A DNA stretch of 64,000 nt. Source: Dudresnaya verticillata. Its lineage: Eukaryota. Below the pieces are notes generated by a model that was not told the origin of the DNA, did not search any database, and saw only the letters and a list, made by a program, of their open reading frames with translations. The position numbers and the translations under genes were made by a program. Below are positions 22,250-35,600 of this stretch, piece by piece (position 1 is the first letter of the stretch; the number at the start of each line of letters is the position of its first letter). The stretch spans positions 124,001 to 188,000 of the forward strand of contig OZ374558.1 in assembly GCA_977862235.1 (NCBI GenBank). Reading direction: 5' to 3'.

Positions 22250-25200
22250 CCCTAATGCCATTATTTACTGATCGGTATACTGATTCCAGACTTCAAAAGG
22301 GCACTAGTTCGGCGCACGGCGACGCGTCGTAGTATGGATGACATAAATGCATAAAGGGTGTTTCTCAGTGACGCATGACGAAGTTTCGGGAGCATTTATG
22401 CAGAAACCGTCCCACAGCAAGCTGTCAAACTTGAGTCGCCAGGCACAATTCCGAGGCCCTTAAAAAGGCATTCTGATCACTATACTGATCAATAGACGCA
22501 GAGAAAAGGGTTCCCGAAGCACTACAGATGCCGTGTGTTGACAATCCATCAGACGGACGGAACCGGTTTTTTCTCGCCTCTGCCTTTGCACAGGCCGCGT
22601 AGAAGGGCTATCACTGCCTGCAGATGTTGTTTGTGCCTGCAGCATTCTACCCAGAAGTCGCTTAGAGGCTCGTCGCGGCGTTGCAGGTGTATCGGAATTT
22701 GCTCCCTTTGTCGGGGCGTACTTTCTGGATTGTTCTCCTCTTCATTCCCTCCTCCCGCTCCGTCATCTGCTGCTTCGTTTCTATCGCTCGTTGAGGTGCC
22801 TGCAATGCGAGGAGTCTTGTGGTGCTTGAATAGCTTGGAAGAATGCCAGAGATCCCAGCAGCTCTTTCTCAGCCGCGGGTAGGTCCTCATGCAGAGCGGC
22901 ACACTGCAAATAAGGCAGGAATAGGTCGAACGGTGTCCCCCCATTCACCCTTGTGTTGTCCACACATGACACTGTAAAGATCTGGGCCTTGTTTGGGTGT
23001 GTGGCCGGGGACCCCGAAGCGAAGCTTCACACCATCCGCGCTATTAAAGAACATCATCCTCTTCCTTTTTTGCGCCTTGGCAATAGCTACTAATCTCTCA
23101 GCCTCCCTCCTGGGTAGTGGAGCACGCTCTTCCGCTTCCTGTCTTCCTTCTCGCATCGTTAACGTCTCCGCGTAGCACAGAAGCTTTTTATACACATCGT
23201 ACATGAATTCAGCAGTTGTTTGGACCTTGTTTAGCTAGCTACGAAAGTTTTCAAGAGACTTGAAAGTTTGTGCTGACTCCAAAAAGTCCTGGCGTTCAAA
23301 CATCCGCCACGCGAAGAAAGCATTGATTGCCACCGTCTTGAGAGTCTGAGACACAATTTTCTGTTCCCACTTAAAATGCGACGTTCAGCTGCAGAGAATA
23401 GCCCCTTGTTGTTTCGCTCTATCCACGTATGCCTTCGTTTTAGAATAGAACGATTGTGGGGCGTGTTTGAACAGCTTGAGGGGCAGAACTGTGCCGTTTT
23501 CTGCCACGTGCCGGTCGACGATGCTCCAGAAGCTTAGCTGACTAGTAAGCATAGGATGAATGTCGCTGGGTACAAACGCCGGAATACCCGCTCTCCATCG
23601 TGAGACGAAGCAACTAGGGGTTCCGTAAGAGTCTTAATTGTCTCATAACAGGACACTTGCACGCACTCGGGACACTTAATAACAACTGTATACATAATGC
23701 CGGTCTCGGCGGCCGCGACGTAGATCGCATAGCCGAAGCCCAGCACCAACATCTGGTGCAAAAGCTGCCCCATGTGCTCTTTTGGAACGTACTTTAGAAA
23801 CTTGTCATCCCCGACTTCGCACTGTATCGGTTCAGAGGTTGATAACGCGACGCTCTGACCGAGCGTCGACGCAGCCACTCGCGTCTTGATTTCAACTGTA
23901 GCAATTACCAGGGTATTATCCGAGCCAGGTGCTGAAGCGGGCGCTGGGTCGATACCGGTATCGGAAACAAATAGCTGGAGAGAATCCTTTCTGAGGACGG
24001 CTATGCCGTCCGGAGAGCAGACGAGGTAAGGGGGTTCTCTTCGAGACAACAGCCCAGTCTCAAAGACCTCATTCAGGAAAGGAAGCGCACGCAATGCGGC
24101 CAGCACAGAGTCCTCGTCCACTGTCCCGCGCATCATAGCCTCTGTAGACCTCTTAGACGAAAACCACCCGTCGTACAGAGCCTTGAACCACTCCTGTGAT
24201 GTATTCTCTTGTCCTAAACCCCCAAGGACCAGCGCGGCCCGTACCCTATCGCTGCTCAGCAGCATCAGTCCTGCGTTCGTGCCCGTCCCTCTAAACTTCC
24301 GGAGCACGAACCAATCTGCACAGCGTTGCCCGATAGTGAGAGGCACACAGTTCACCTTAATCGCCATTTCCAAAATGTCCTTCTGCTCCACAATGCGTTC
24401 TCCCTCAGTGCCCCGCCTCGTATACAAAACCTTGTTAAACAAATAGTTCGGTTTGGGAACAGCTATCCCCGTGTTCAATCTTTCTTGAATAGGGGCTGGA
24501 ACTGTATACATGAACCTTAAAACCTTTGCGAACTTCTCTGTTCCCCGCTCGCGCACCGTAACAGCGGTAACTCTCTTTTGCCCAACCCCCGCCGCAGCCG
24601 ACGCTCCGACATTCTTGGTTGCGAATAACGCTTCCGGCTCGAGCGCCGGGTTATCGTCGACAACAAACTCTCTCCGTCTGTCCAACTGCACGTTAGATGC
24701 AGTGCCACCACCCCTTTCCTCCCTCCCATCTGCTGCTAAGACTTCTGCCGCCGTGTCGGCTGTGTCTTGCTCCTCCTCCACATCACCCCTTCTGAGGTTA
24801 AGATAAGAAGAAGCCACAAAGGGGTGCACGCGGAGAAGGTGGTCGGGCATTACGAACACTGAGCTGAAGCCGAACTTAGTCAGAAGCTCCATAACTTTCC
24901 CTTTGCCATAGCCCCTATCGGCCGTGACTATACAAGAGTTGGTCGCACCCTCCCCGCAACCCTCCGTCAGCACCTCAAACAAGCGCCAAACGGAATCAAG
25001 TTCAGGTTCTCCTCTTCGTCGGAAGTGCAGGGCGAGAACAATCCTAAACAAGGCATCAGCCACTGCATCTGCAGAGTGATCCTCTTTGTCTGCCTTTCTC
25101 GCGCTTAGCATCTTAACTTGATTGTCCTCTGCTCGCGTGCCGTAGGGATCGTCGTCCAATGTCACAAGGAGGTAGAGTGGAACGAAGAATACCTTCTTCG

Positions 25201-26537
25201 TATCCCTGAAAGCCAACTTCTCAAATTCCCCAGGTGTTGCGTCTGGTCGCGCTGCGCATTCCACTCCATTTACCAGTCTCTCCCACGGCCCGTAGCGGAA
25301 TAGGCCAGAATTTTGTCTGAGATTAACCGTACCGTATCGAGAGACGGTGTGGAACTTCCAGACTGACGTAGAACATCGATCGTTTTGCGGAAGCTGAAGC
25401 CAGTTGTGTGCGACAACAGCAGTACCGCTACATAGCGGTGCATTTCCGACAGTCTAAGGACATCAACGTCGAGCGCACGCAGCCTAATGAGCTCATTGAG
25501 CCACTCCATGAGCTGTAAAAGGACCTTGTTCATGAAAAAATGACAAACCCACTCCTACTGGGCGTGATGTCTCTCACAGCGCACTCTAGCTTGACCTTGC
25601 CCACAGCCGTTTTGCACAGGATCCTCGCGCGCTCTCTCAAGATCTTGTCGGCAAAGGTTTTCTCCAGATTTAGTGAGATGCATGGAGAAGTATTTAGCGT
25701 CTATCCTTCACTGGCGTCTGCCCTGTTAGTGCGCGCACTTCGCCCGATACGTGCGCCACGTTCCCTTCCACGACCTCTACCACGACCACGCCCCCTATCT
25801 GCCCCCTGCCTCTCCCCCTTCCCCTTGTTCCTGAACGTCCAACAGTTGCAACTTCTGCATCTTGAATCGCGCCTGGTGTCTCACCGGGCAGTGCCACGGA
25901 CGGCGAGTCGTTCTCAGCGCCGGCCTGCGTATTTAATCCTCGCCCCTACCCCTCCCCTCGCTTCCCGTTTGACCAGCTGCATGTTGCTCCGAAGGCGCTG
26001 ATACAGTCCGGAGTACATGCGGCGCGGCGTCCGAAGGGGACGATACAGTCGGTAGTAGATGCGGCGCGGCGAGGATGGCCGTTGAGTGTCCGTTACTCGA
26101 TTCCGGTCGCAACTTTTCGGCGGACACAGTCTCGTCTTCTTGCGCCATGTCCGATGGAGTAGAACGCGCTTGCGGAGATACCCAGTTGCTCTGTGCAAGA
26201 AACGGGAAGCCCTCAACAATGCGGAGCGCGTAGCGAGATGATGCGGGAGGCGGGGGGAAGGTCGTGCCGTCGGGATGCGCTGCATCTAGCACCACTGGCA
26301 GTAGATTTGCGAGATGTTGACGGATTTTGGATCTGGAAGCAGTGGCCGGCTGCTAAAACGCAAGAGATTCTTTTGAAGATCAAGCCAATGGGATTGAGGG
26401 GATTTTAGAAGACAAAAATGGGTCAAAGTGACGCTATTCTGGGCCCTTCATGATCACTATACTGATCCTTGGGCGTGTAACGGCAAAAATCGAAAAATAG
26501 GCTATGATCACTATACGGATCAGTAAAAGCATTGGGG
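22250..26537 (-). mobile_element. piggyBac-like DNA transposon with ATAT TSD
   Basis: Termini CCCTAATGC...GCATTGGGG flanked by ATAT (22246-22249, 26538-26541). Imperfect ~40-bp TIR. Subterminal TGATCACTATAC(T/G)GATC at 22474, 26451 and 26505. Confidence 0.85.
22750..25700 (-). pseudogene. piggyBac-like DDD transposase with inserted YqaJ/lambda-exonuclease domain and C-terminal Cys-rich domain
   Basis: VTLDDD (~25155); VTADRGY (~24920); YqaJ-like block WFVLRKFRGTGT...MMRGTVDE...SPDGI...VEIKT...QLLHQM (~24320-23710); FYSKTKAYVD (~23425); CLICSVPLC...CWDLWH (~22840-22915). Several frameshifts and stops. Confidence 0.85.
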
Positions 26538-27570
26538 ATATCGTATTTATTTCGAATGTAGTAAGAACCTACTCCTCTGGGCGCCAGGCAGCTCGATGCG
26601 CAATGTGTGATTCCGCCACGAGGAGTCTCGACTTCCTGAAGTTTCGACACTAGCCGGATTAAAACCATGAACCTCTGGTCCTTGGCTCCAATCGAAGAGC
26701 ATAATGCAGAATGGTGCAGTGATTTCGGTTACACCTCTCATATGACCAACAGCCGAACATACTTAACTGCCCAGGATATCAATCAAAGCCAATCATCTCT
26801 AATGGTGGGAACGGAATTACAGTTTCCCGTTGCTGCCGTTGGTGACTTTTTCTGTGTCGCTAAAATCGGCGACCATAACGTTAACATCCGAACGACCAAC
26901 TTTCTGCATCTTCCAGGACTCATATGCGACCTCCTCTCAGTTAGTCGTCTCCACAAGCATGCACGTCGCGTTATCTTGGCAATAGATACGAACGGTCAAG
27001 GAATCTGTACTATGTCAGGTTTCCATAGCGATAAAGTCATTCTTCAAGGTCATAAACATAAGGACGGACGGTATCAAGTCAGCACGAATCCAGAAACGTC
27101 GGTAGCTAACACGCAAAGTGCTGCTTTTGCGTCGAAGACAGACAGAATCTCTGGCACTGGCGACACGCTAGCCCTGAAAACTTCAGCATTCCCTTCCACT
27201 GGTCAATGGGGTGGACATATTGCAATGTAAGTTACCATCAAAATGGGATAAATATCTTAAGTGAAATTCGACTGGAAAGGTGCTTTTTGCGGCCTTAGGT
27301 GAATGCAAAATGTCTACAAAACCCTTAAACCTTGTCTACTCCGATTTAGTTGGCCCCTATCGTTGTCGTTCCCTTAAGGGTGCTCGGCATTTTGTGACTC
27401 TACTCAATGGCAACAGTTCCTTCTCCCTCGTACGTTTCGTCTCCTGGAAGGGCAACACCAGCAAAGAATTGGAAGAGATGATAGAGGAGTTGGAAACTTC
27501 ATTCGGATCTAAGTTGAAATGGCGTAAAGCCCGTCGTGTAACCCTATATGATTACGACCCGGAGAGCTCC

Positions 27571-28493
27571 TGTTGTGCAAACATTCGCAGCGGGAAAGCA
27601 CACCCGAGCAGTTCGTGACTCGGTGGGCAGGACCGCCTGTGGCGGTATTTCTAGAGCTGGGAGCAGCGCCTTGGGCGGACTTTAAACGCCCCAGGACCTA
27701 AAAGAGAACAAAAAGGACGAAGAAAGAAGCACCTCAACGACGGGGTCGAGCGTAGAAGCCCGGTAGGTCAGACGCTTAAGCCTGACCTAGACAGCGGTAG
27801 GGTACGCGCATGCGCGAAAGAGAAATCAAAACCAAGACCGCCTTGCCAGGGTTTACTGTGACGTCCTAAACGGGTTACCTAAATGTTACTACTAGCATGG
27901 GGCGGCAGCGACGGCAGTGCAGAGCGCGGGACCTCAGGACACGTGTTGCCCCATGGTGTGTCTGACAGGTACCATTCGGCATGCAGCCATGAGTCTGAAA
28001 GAGTTTCCGTGTGCCGCCCTGACGGGTGCTTACACACCCATGTGCACACGCGTTCGTTACAGGCGTGCGCACGTTGCCGCACGCGTGATCCCGATCCCGA
28101 TCCCGATTCACTCCAGCATTACGGCGCCAGCATTACATTGCCATGGATTCAGATTCCTGATCTCGATGAGAGATCCGGATCTAGTCTGGATCTGGGCTAT
28201 CCTTACAGGTTCCTGCCTTACACTACCGTTGATCCCGATATCACCCGGATTCGTACCATCGTTGGCATGCGGCGCTCCGGGGGCCACGTCTGGGGCTGAA
28301 CAGTACCGCCGCACCGCGAAGTGCGGCATCCGTACGCGTGTGGGGCGTTCTGGCACAAAGGCGCCCAGAGGCATACGTCTGTGCCTTGTTCGCGCCAACG
28401 GCGAGTGAGCGCGCCGCCGGCGATATCCGTCGGTTGACACCACCGCATAATACGCTCAGAGCGAAAAGGACCGGGTCCTTCCCTGGAACTACA
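27571..28493 (-). mobile_element. LTR (probably solo), related to 13111-14000
   Basis: Termini TGTTGTGCAAA...GGAACTACA, inserted in the Copia integrase. TSD is degenerate (GCTCC/GTGCC). Confidence 0.75.
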
Positions 28494-29220
28494 GTGCCCG
28501 CATCAAGAGGCTACGTACTGATCATGACGAGTGGTTCGCCTCAAACAAGTTCAAGATATGGATTCCGAACCGAGGTACAGCTCACGAGCTGGCCTCTTCG
28601 TACTCTTCCGAATCTAACGGAAAGGCTAAACGGATCAACTGTACTTTGTTATATATGGCTCGGACCACGCTTACGGCTAATTCAGGTATTCCTTACCATG
28701 AATCACTGTGGGTTGAATTTGAACATGGCTAAATGCCTTCGAAACTGCTTGTATAACCGTTTATGCAATTCGTACGGCAAGAATCCGTACGAGGTTATTA
28801 TAGGTGAGAAGTCAGACCTAGCTCACCCTCCCAAGTTTCGCTGTCGGGTCTATTCACATATTCACAAAGCTATTAGGAAAAGAAATTCAAACCACACGTC
28901 AAGGTAAGCTTCCTAGTCTTATATGAAAGGAGTCTCAGTTACAAAGTTGACTTGGTTACGGGTGGAAACGTTGTTACCTCCCGAGATGGCATTTGCGAGG
29001 AGCCCTACACTGTCCTTACCGCCGATTCCGAACCAGAAGTGGACACCGAACATAGTTTTATGGAACTACTTGGCTCTCAGGATGATGACACATGTCTCTC
29101 GGATATTGTGGAGGACTCCGATGAAGAAGTAGGAGAAGAATCCGATTACGAAGAAGCCGAAAACCGGGACAGTACGTTCCCGAATCCCGTTGACACTGAG
29201 AAACTTTCTCCCTTCCCGCG

Positions 29221-30014
29221 TGTGGCATAGACATCAGATCGAACTCAAGTCTAGTGCTGCCTGGTACGAGTGAGAGTACCCTAACCCGTATATGGGCGGT
29301 GTGGTGGTGGTAGATTGGTGATAAATCGGGGTGTCGGCCTCGCGCGCCGTAGAAGGTCTCGGATCTCAAGACATAGATGTCTCAGTGCGCACGAGGCGTA
29401 TCGTACGCGGACAGCAGCAGCCGGATACTAGTGTCCTCGTCGTGGGGTTGACACGAATCCGAAGGCGGGAAAGGAAACAGAAAAGCCTATAAGGCTAGGG
29501 AAAATGGAGAAATCCGTAGGCAAAAAGAGCATGCATCGAACCTGAAAAGAAAGGGACAAGCTGCAGTGTAGGTCAGTGTTTGTCTGCTTTACATACCCAT
29601 GGGAGACTACCATCCTTGAATAGGCTAACTTCGCGTCAGTGGTGGTACCAACCCTGAAGGTAGGCCGTCGCGCCTCGACACATGTCGACAAATACGTGTA
29701 ACGGCTATCCGGGGGCGCGCGCAGGCGTAAACCCGCCGCGTTCAACGGCCCGATGTCGGAGTGCGCGTGAGGGACAGCAAGGCGTTGGATCGTCGCTTAA
29801 ATAAAAATCTAACCGTACACGCAAAAGTTAAACGTAGAAATTGCACGAGTGTGAGAATTACATGCGTACGCATGGGTGCCATATAAGACGTGCTTACAGC
29901 TCCAGCAAGGCTTTGACGCGACCGACTGACAGCGTGGCAAAGTGTGGCACGGCCTGTCACAGCGTGGCATAGCATGGAACAGCGGGGCGTAGCTGGTCCA
30001 ACATCTATGCCACG
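29221..30014. mobile_element. LTR (probably solo), family C
   Basis: Termini TGTGGCATAG...CTATGCCACG. Flanks CCGCG/CCGTA are compatible with a CpG-decayed TSD. Similar to the 44268 and 57898 LTRs. Confidence 0.7.
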
Positions 30015-30849
30015 CCGTAGTCATCAATGAGTGGGAATAACATAAAGCATCGGTACTGTTCCGCGAATTGCTCGGAGGTATATTGTACCATGCAGACACT
30101 ACCCGTCCAGGCGCGTTTGCAACTTCACAACTTTCGTGTTTCATTCAAAATCCTTCTCAAGCGCACCGGAATTACGCCAAGTACGTGTTCCGTTATCTCA
30201 AAGAAGCACACGAGAATGGCATCTCGTTTGGATTAAAGAGCAAAGTCCGCATCGGTTTGCATGGCTTTACTGACTCTGACTTTGCCGGATATCTCGAAGA
30301 GAGAAAATAAACAATTGGATTCGTTTTCTTGAGTTATGCCAGGCCCATTCCAAGGCGTAGCAAGAAAGACAGTATAGTAGCACAGTATATTATTGAAACC
30401 GAGTATAATACGACTTCATTTGCCGTTCGTGCGGCTTTATGGCTTCGCCGCCTGGCCAAAGAGTTTTGCAGAGTTTCCGACGAGACTGTGACGTTATATG
30501 CAGACAATCCAGACACGATAGCGCGGGGCAAAGGACGGTGTCTCCAATAAACGCACAAACACATCGTCGTCAAGTACCATTTCATTCGTGACCATATCGG
30601 GAAAAGGCCTTCTACGTACAGTACATCTCAACTGAGGAAAAAGTGGCAGCTTTTATGACTAAGGCCTTGCAGAAATATAATCATACAAAGTTTTCAAGTA
30701 TGATGGGGATCTCAGTCGACCGTTGCTGAGGTCAAGTGGGAATGTTGGAATGGTGTTCGATGTATGACGCATTCATCAAGGTCAACAACTATAGCATAGG
30801 AATGTAGGAAGCTGGCAATGATAGAAGTGAGGCAACTATGTTGCAATGT

Positions 30850-31400
30850 CATGTAGGCGACTCTCGGGGAATTACCACACGAAGATGACTCTCCTGTATT
30901 AGATGCGACGGTGCAAAATGTATCGATAGCACTTGTACTACCGTATTAAGACGACCCAGAAACAAGGCGTAGCCCAGAATGGATGGTACAAAGACACCCA
31001 ATTCTAGCAACAACGTAGCATATTTCGTTCCTTGTCTTCCTGAGAGCATTATCCGTTTACCCGAGGCTTAGGTAATGTATAATCTTGGCTGTGGACTCAA
31101 TTCTGTCAAAATCGTACACCTTTCCTTCCTTTCCATCAAAGGAGAGCTTGTGTTTATACTTTCCTTCTACTACTGAACGTGCCTGGTGTAGAGGCACTAC
31201 GGCATGCCGTTGGTGACGTTGGCAATGAAAATATTCACCAGTCACACCTGCCCATCTTGAACTATTGGGAACAATCTAAATGTTACCGGGAAGCAACATA
31301 AAATCGGTCGTTCACGGCTTGAAGCTTCCGTTCCCTCTAGTACTGTATCTGCTCTCTACACGGCCCCATGCACGCTCACTGGTTATTATCCCATATCATT
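30850..31400 (-). pseudogene. Possible Copia protease/pre-integrase fragment
   Basis: Weak motif order only (WHxRLGH-like and LVHSD..GP-like remnants). Confidence 0.3.
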
Positions 31401-32099
31401 AATAATGGTACATGAATTGGAATAAGGGGCTTCGCGCAACGGAAACCTCTTGATAAAACGAGCTACTATATCGAAAGTATAGAGAAAGACCGATATAACG
31501 TATGTTGAAACGGTCTCCGACAACAGCTATAACAGGGACACTTCCAACCGTTACCAGGACGACCGTAACAGCAGATGGGATGGGATCTGCGCTCGCCAAT
31601 AGGTTTCACTCAAGCCACGAACATTTCGCAAGGGGATATAAGCGCCAACCAGTCCAGCTTCTCACAAAGTCTTTCCCCAAGTCGTCGCCTGTTTTCCCGC
31701 CTTCCCACCGTTGCGTACGGTGTCGGCACGCATCAAACAAGTCATCATTGTTTCTCTATTTCTCTTTCTTTTTCTCCGTTACATACTGAAGAGGTTTTCC
31801 TCAAGTTTCAAGTCAAATATGTTGTTTTCAGATTATCACTGCGTGATACATACGCAACCGTGACGTGAACGGAAACAATATGGCTGCATAAAAGGAACCG
31901 ATATCAAGAAGCTGTAGAATGGCTTCTCTCTCCGGCCTCCTCCGACCTTTGATAAGGCTTTCGTAGTATTTGCCTACTTAGGCGCTCACATAACGATGCG
32001 ACTGTCTAAGCTTTTCAACGTGAAGTAAAACAATTGTAGTTTCTTTCAACATTGGTGTTCATGCGTAAATATAGAGAGAAGTTCAAAATCTTGCAAGAT

Positions 32100-35000
32100 T
32101 TCTGTGCAAGTTTCTTTTTATTAGTCTTGCCCAAGAAATGCGGTTCTTTCCCCAGCAGATCATCATATAATTCGGTCATTGATTGCTACGTCCATTGAAC
32201 GTTGTCTGTCTGGCCAAGCCACTAAACTTGCACAAAGATTCCATTATCAGCTTTGCAAATGTCATAATGCTCATGAATCATTTCGAAACGCGATTCAATA
32301 TGTTCGGATAGCTGAAATAGACTCTCCAAATCCTGAGCCTCATCGAGCCTAGCGGGATAGGGCGTTAATCGCGCTATATGAACCAGTTCCAATGTTCCAT
32401 ATGTTAGTCCAATGACTTCATACATCATATCACCCAGTGGTATTTGAAACCCGGCGAGATCGCAACCATTGAAACCGCAACTTGTGTGCCTGGTCTTGGG
32501 CGAGACGAGCAAAAAGAAGGCCCTCAAATTCAAAGTTCGGGGCTACCGAGTTAGTTCTCTTGATATAATGCTCTACTTGCTTGAGCCGGTTTTTTAGCAC
32601 TGGAGTTGACTTCCTTGTGAATTAAATCAAGAAACTTCAGTAGAACACTAAAATAGATTACCTGCGTGCTCTAATTTGAGAAATCGCCTTCGGCTTATCC
32701 ATTACAGCATACACGACCAGGCCTGACCGTACCCGATTTATCCTGGTCATTCCCTCCAATGGCATCCGATAGGTCCGTTCCGGACGCTTTCCCAACCGCT
32801 TGAGAAGTGCTTCATGAACAACGGACTTGAAGGTCCCTATCAACAAAGGCCAGTCACGAGGGCCCAAAATAGGCTCAGATAGTAACGCAGTGCCTGCTAC
32901 TCTAATGTGCTTCGTGCATACCTCCAGTGTCCCATTCAACCAAGTTGAAGATACAACAGTGAACTGATGCTGGATCCTGTCCGATTTTGATAGAGCTTCC
33001 ATCACTTGATCTCGAAAAATGGATCCTTTATCGCTCACCCAGAACACCATTACTTTGAATACGGGAATCAATTTATGGATGCTTTCCCGCTGCAGTTGCA
33101 TTGGCACCCACGCATATGAAAGGCCATAGATAAGCTTAAAGATCATCTCTCATCGTTAGCACGTACTGTAATACAGTCGATCCGTGCCTAGACCCATAAT
33201 CAAGAAGTAGAAATGAACTACCTCGTTTGGCGATCAATAACATGGATGATAGGTGCAATTAGCCTAGAAATACGTAGACCGCTCTTGAGTACAATAGAGA
33301 GTCGAAAACTATCCACAAACACCCGCATATGATCATTGATAGATCGACCGCATTATTTTATCGTTTGAGCTGCTCGAGATGGAGTCAAAGCCACGGTGCC
33401 CGCCAGTATTACAATGCTTAATAATCAAAAGTTTCATTTGTAGCACAACACCTTGAGATGGTATCCACATCAGGCCATTATTCAGCGACACCCATAAACT
33501 ACCGGGGTGGTCTTTAGTACCATTCTTAGATTCTTTTGAAGCACTGATAGGAAGTCCTTTTCACTCCTACTTAGCAGTAGACTTGACCAGGTTTTCTGCC
33601 ATCAACAAATGTGTAACAACCCTTGCCTTTTGGCGCTTCCCGCAATACCCGAAATACCAACGTGTCATTAAAGATGCGAAGTCGTTGCGTTCCCCGTCAA
33701 TGAGCTCATAAATAAATATATTGTGGCAGATACAATTTCCACCTCTGGCCCATATTGGTAATAAGTCTCGCTGTTATGGGCTTCAAGGTCAGAGGATTGT
33801 AAACGAGGAGAAGATTGCGATGGTCAGTATATAGATATATATCAACTTTGCAGGCCAGCACATAATAAGTTTTCTGAAACTATTGAAACCCAGCATACAA
33901 CTCCTTCTCAAACTGACTCCAATGCTGTTGAGTCTAATTGAACGCAGAACCTGTAAAGGCCAGGTGTTGATGCCTCTTCTCGTGCACCTGGGGGCTATAT
34001 CAAGATTCATAACTCTGAATGAATACTGCAGCACAGTTCTCGTTAGATGCATACTGGTCCCGTTGAGCTAACTTGATAGCATTTTGAAGCGGCCTTTAAA
34101 GATCATCAAATCCAGGCACATGCTCAGGGACCCATGACAATATAGGAATCCTTTTCTATTGAATGGAGTTGGATTTCATATTCCCTTGTTGGCGGTAGGT
34201 GTTCTAGATCAATTTTCGTAACGGTGCTACACGAGCGGTGAAGTCCGGGAGATAAATATAAATCCATTGAAGACAGCTCACAAACTGCGACAGCTCTGCC
34301 GCATTCACTGTGTATAAACCAGTATTTAAGCCACTCACAATACGAGGGTCGCACTGTACACCCGTCGAATAGATAATGTCGCAGCACTGTAAGGTACGAT
34401 ATGAGAGCACCGACTTGTTAGTATATACTTTCAGGTTACCGGTTCTACAAATAGAAAAGAAACTCCAAGTCGTAGAGCATTCTTGCATCTGAGTTGGGGT
34501 GAACCCTGCGAAATCATTCAGTCAGGACTTTATGTACTATCCCATAGGTAGAAAACATGAAAAGACCCTTACATGAACGTCCTTCACAGCCTTCATGCTA
34601 CGTTTCAGAGTTCTCGTCGGCTTGTAGACGGCAGTAGGTGCAGCAAAACGGAAGAGGCTTTGAATTTTCGGATGCAGTTGCATCTGCCAGTCTGCGGCAC
34701 AGACTAGCGAAGGATTCATTACTCGCAAAGTGTAACAGTTCGGACCGTATATGGGCCATAGGCAATTTAATGTGTTGAAGGTACTGACTGACGCGCCTAA
34801 GGTCAAGCGTTGGACAACACTTGCCGGTCTGTACATTCGGGGCAAATAGAGGGGGAGATTTGCTTTCCGTTTGTTTGTTTTGCTTTGTTGCCCTTCTGTG
34901 CTAAACTAGTGTATCAACAAACCGTTCATGTAGTCCCGTTGCTTTGCGGGATAACGCCTAACTTTAGAAATGTATTGGAAAGCGTGAGACGTAAGCGTTA

Positions 35001-35600
35001 TACACATTGATTCAACTCTGGCTCGCGTTACGGGCCCACTCTAGAACGGAAGACGTCACGGTACTCTTCCAGCGGCACGTCGAGGTGAAACCTCCCAGAA
35101 TCAGAAACACCATGCTATACAGGACTATTTAGTATTCCTTGGAGTGCTGCATCGATCCCCTCTTCTAAATCCGTGCCTATTTCTGTTGGTTTGAGGAAAG
35201 ACCGACTGCCTCACAATCCTCGGCCGCGCGGTCGGAATGGACCGGTACAGGAGATATTATGCATGCGACAGAGCGCTCAGGGTAGTTCTTTTCCCGTACA
35301 TCTGTAGAATTAATTTCGCCAAGATACCGATGAAATTCTGTTTGCAAGGTTTCTATTATGGTCGAAATAAGCGCTTCCTGTATGTGTCTGCCTAAAAGAG
35401 GTTCATCGACATTATTGACGGCTACAACCCAACGTCAATTGCGAATCATTGCACACTTTCAACGTCATATGCGCAGCTCCATATTCGTGATGACCTCCCG
35501 GGTACGAGTTACCAACAGATCTAATGCCGTCAGAGCGACTTTTCGAGGCGTACTATGTTTCCTCACGGTGATACTTTCCCGATTCTCAACAAGTTCCGTT
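32100..35600 (-). mobile_element. Degenerate Ty3/Gypsy pol (RT, RNaseH, integrase, chromodomain-like end)
   Basis: WQMQLHP (RT); YLPDFTARVAPL; WVSDKGSIF...HQFT..WLNGTLE (integrase, 32658-33146); WNGPWR-like and VHIARL motifs. Confidence 0.75.

Larger units (their letters stand above)
26660..30742 (+). mobile_element. Ty1/Copia pol remnant (protease, integrase, RT end, RNaseH), internally deleted
   Basis: WCSDFGYTSHMTN; LNLVYSDLVGP; IKRLRTD; RELLGGILY...TRP; HGFTDSDFAG; KHIVVKYHFIRD. PPT-like AAGTGGGAA then TGTTGG at 30743 (start of the 3' LTR). Confidence 0.85.
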
